From: a virus | Lineage: Duplodnaviria; Caudoviricetes | Length of the DNA: 60,561 nucleotides | Strand: one strand, 5' to 3' | IMG/VR virus record: IMGVR_UViG_3300020179_000033 | Coordinates: 1-60,561 of that record | Part shown: one piece after another, positions 58,745-60,561 of the stretch | How positions within the stretch are numbered: position 1 is the stretch's first letter | How the letters are laid out: each line of letters starts with the position of its first letter | Position numbers and translations under genes: made by a program | The notes under the pieces: model-generated | The model's database searches: none | Seen by the model: only the letters and a program-made list of their open reading frames with translations | What the model was told of the DNA's origin: nothing

Positions 58745-58891
58745 TTAGTTCCATTCGACTAACCCTAACTTCTTACGTATCAAAAACAACTCTTTAATAG
58801 TCTTACAATTTTTTATTTTTTGGACTACCGTTTTTTTGCCTTTTTTATACTGTTTTAATGTGTGTTCAATACAACCACCCAAGTCTTTCAC
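58745..58891 (-). CDS. Small Lys-rich protein (48 aa), absent from the ORF track
   Basis: GTG start 5 nt after TAAATA (58897-58902); MKDLGGCIEHTLKQYKKGKK...LGLVEWN. Confidence 0.5.
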   Translation of the reverse strand: MKDLGGCIEHTLKQYKKGKKTVVQKIKNCKTIKELFLIRKKLGLVEWN

Positions 58892-58912
58892 CAAAATATT
58901 TAGTCATATAGA

Positions 58913-58918
58913 TAAATA
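58913..58918 (+). promoter_or_regulatory. Late promoter core TAAATA
   Basis: 6 nt before ATG 58925. Confidence 0.65.
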
Positions 58919-58924
58919 TATTAT

Positions 58925-59944
58925 ATGGCTGACACGACTATCTCTGGTTTAAATAGTATTGCAGATAATCAAGTTATCGGTTCTCTTGTTGTACCTTCTT
59001 CTGTAGGAAACTCTACTTATAAATTAACTTTAAATCAAGTAAACAACTACATCCTACAAAACCTAGGCCTTATATGTGATGTATTAATTGTAGCAGGTGG
59101 TGGTGGAGCTAACTTTTCAATATGCGGTGGTGGTGGGGGGGGCGGCGTATTATATGTAGAGAATTATACTATAGCTTTAGGGCTTACTATTCCTGTTACA
59201 GTTGGCGCGGGTGGAAGAGCGGGATCTCAAGGGCTTGGCAGTGATTCAGCTTTGAATGGCGATAATTCAAAGTTTAATGATGTAATAGCTGTCGGCGGGG
59301 GTAGAGGCAGTATTACGTACGGAGCCTCTAATGGTGATGGTAGAGGTAGAGCAGGAGGTAGCGGAGGCGGAGGTGGTAGATCTAATGGTCCAGGTAATCA
59401 CACACAACCGGGGGGTGGGTGTGTTCCCGGGCAAGGTTATCCGGGTGGAAGAGGCAGTAATACCGGAAATGCAGACAATTTTGGTTCAGGTGGAGGTGGC
59501 GGTGGTGCTGGCGGCCCTGGTTATAATGCCGGTCAAGTTTCTGAAACGAATGCAGGGGCATATGCCGGTCACGGAGGTCCTGGGGCAGTATGCTTAATAG
59601 ATGGTAACGTATCTTGCTATGGTGGAGGTGGTGGTGGAGGTGCGAATACTGGTGCGGGCGGTGTAGGCGGGGAAGGCGGTGGTGGTAATGGTGCCGGCAA
59701 TGGTTCAGTTAACGGTAGTCAAGGCACCGATGGCCTTGGTGGTGGTGGTGGAGCGGGAGGGTACCAAGCAAGTGGGGCTTCTGACTCAGGAGGTAGAGGA
59801 GGTAATGGTATTGTAATTGTTAGATATAAAGGTAATCAGGTTGCTACAGGAGGTCAATCTATATCAACCTATTCAATAAACGGTATAACCTACACAGTAC
59901 ATAAGTTTACTACGACAGGTAATTCAAATTTTGTAGTGGCTTAA
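58925..59944 (+). CDS. Glycine-rich domain virion fibre/adhesin-like protein
   Basis: MADTTISGL N-terminus; VLIVAGGGG...GGNGIVIVRY...YTVHKFTTTG; paralogue of 307-1374. Confidence 0.75.
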   Translation: MADTTISGLNSIADNQVIGSLVVPSSVGNSTYKLTLNQVNNYILQNLGLICDVLIVAGGGGANFSICGGGGGGGVLYVENYTIALGLTIPVTVGAGGRAGSQGLGSDSALNGDNSKFNDVIAVGGGRGSITYGASNGDGRGRAGGSGGGGGRSNGPGNHTQPGGGCVPGQGYPGGRGSNTGNADNFGSGGGGGGAGGPGYNAGQVSETNAGAYAGHGGPGAVCLIDGNVSCYGGGGGGGANTGAGGVGGEGGGGNGAGNGSVNGSQGTDGLGGGGGAGGYQASGASDSGGRGGNGIVIVRYKGNQVATGGQSISTYSINGITYTVHKFTTTGNSNFVVA

Positions 59945-59951
59945 GTCAAAA

Positions 59952-60365
59952 TTAATCCCAACTCTCTTTTTTTGTACCGTAATATTCTCGGGCATAGCCA
60001 TTATCTAATAAAAGCTGTCTAAGGCTTTTCCCATCTATAAGAACATCACCTAAAACTCTCCCCCCAAACTTATCCCACATTATAATTTGTATTTTTATTT
60101 CTTTTGCCTCAGAAATTTGTTGTTTAGTAAACTCCGATGCTTTTAATCCTAGTTCGTTTTCGCGTTGGCTTTTTGCCCTCCACCCCTTTTCAGGAGTATC
60201 AACACCCCACACTCTTACATATAATTTATTTCCAAGTTCTTTCGGTAAAAAATCTACATTTACTTCAACTGTATCACCGTCTAATACTCTTGTAACTTTC
60301 CAATCGTATAAATCTTGACTATAGACTAGAGAAGTAAGGCACAAAAATAATAATATTTTTTTCAC
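59952..60365 (-). CDS. Thermonuclease (SNase-like) with N-terminal signal-like peptide
   Basis: VTRVLDGDTV, VRVWGVDTPEK, DKFGGRVLGDV, LLDNGYAREY. Confidence 0.9.
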   Translation of the reverse strand: MKKILLFLCLTSLVYSQDLYDWKVTRVLDGDTVEVNVDFLPKELGNKLYVRVWGVDTPEKGWRAKSQRENELGLKASEFTKQQISEAKEIKIQIIMWDKFGGRVLGDVLIDGKSLRQLLLDNGYAREYYGTKKESWD

Positions 60366-60367
60366 AA

Positions 60368-60559
60368 TTAACTGTTCTTTACACAGTTATTAACTCTTTT
60401 ACCGCCCTTTAACTTAGTACCTTGCTTATGATAGCCCTTCCAACATTTTGGATCTAATCTACGCTCTTCGTTTTCGCTTCTTTTCTCTCTTGTCGTATGA
60501 GGACCTGATGTAGGCTTTGCTCCTTTTGGTATCATACCCGTCTGTTTCATATGGGTCAT
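60368..60559 (-). CDS. Hypothetical protein, probably 5' truncated by the window edge
   Basis: CWKGY...GTKLKGGKRVNNCV motif; no upstream stop within the window. Confidence 0.55.
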   Translation of the reverse strand: MTHMKQTGMIPKGAKPTSGPHTTREKRSENEERRLDPKCWKGYHKQGTKLKGGKRVNNCVKNS

Positions 60560-60561
60560 TA

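Noticed and set aside
1-60561. Stop-codon reassignment
   Set aside because: Genes are intact in code 11, TAA, TAG (7529) and TGA (26446, 36097) all act as stops, and no suppressor tRNA is present.

Overview
AT-rich segment of a large T4-like (myovirus) phage genome, read in the standard bacterial code. It holds a contractile tail module (gp3-, gp18-, gp19-, gp54-, gp26-, tape-measure-, gp48-, gp53-, gp27-, gp25- and gp6-like genes) interrupted by a small-terminase-like gene, dUTPase and a clamp loader. A long run of virion/fibre genes follows. Six of them carry Thr/Pro mucin-like stalks and flank a cluster of glycosyl- and methyltransferases led by a GT60 polypeptide GlcNAc-transferase. Six tRNAs and a tmRNA lie on the minus strand. 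Strongest hunt signals: (1) a 1538-aa virion protein with six phycobiliprotein-like repeats that all keep the bilin-binding C-x-R-D motif; (2) a candidate phage mucin-type O-glycosylation system; (3) TAAATA late promoters 5-6 nt before start codons, implying leaderless late mRNAs; (4) unusual translation RNAs: a tmRNA with a 33-aa acidic tag lacking the Ala-Ala end, tRNA-Ile(UAU) with a long variable arm and tRNA-Leu(UAA) without one. Family calls come from motifs recognised by eye; no database search was run.
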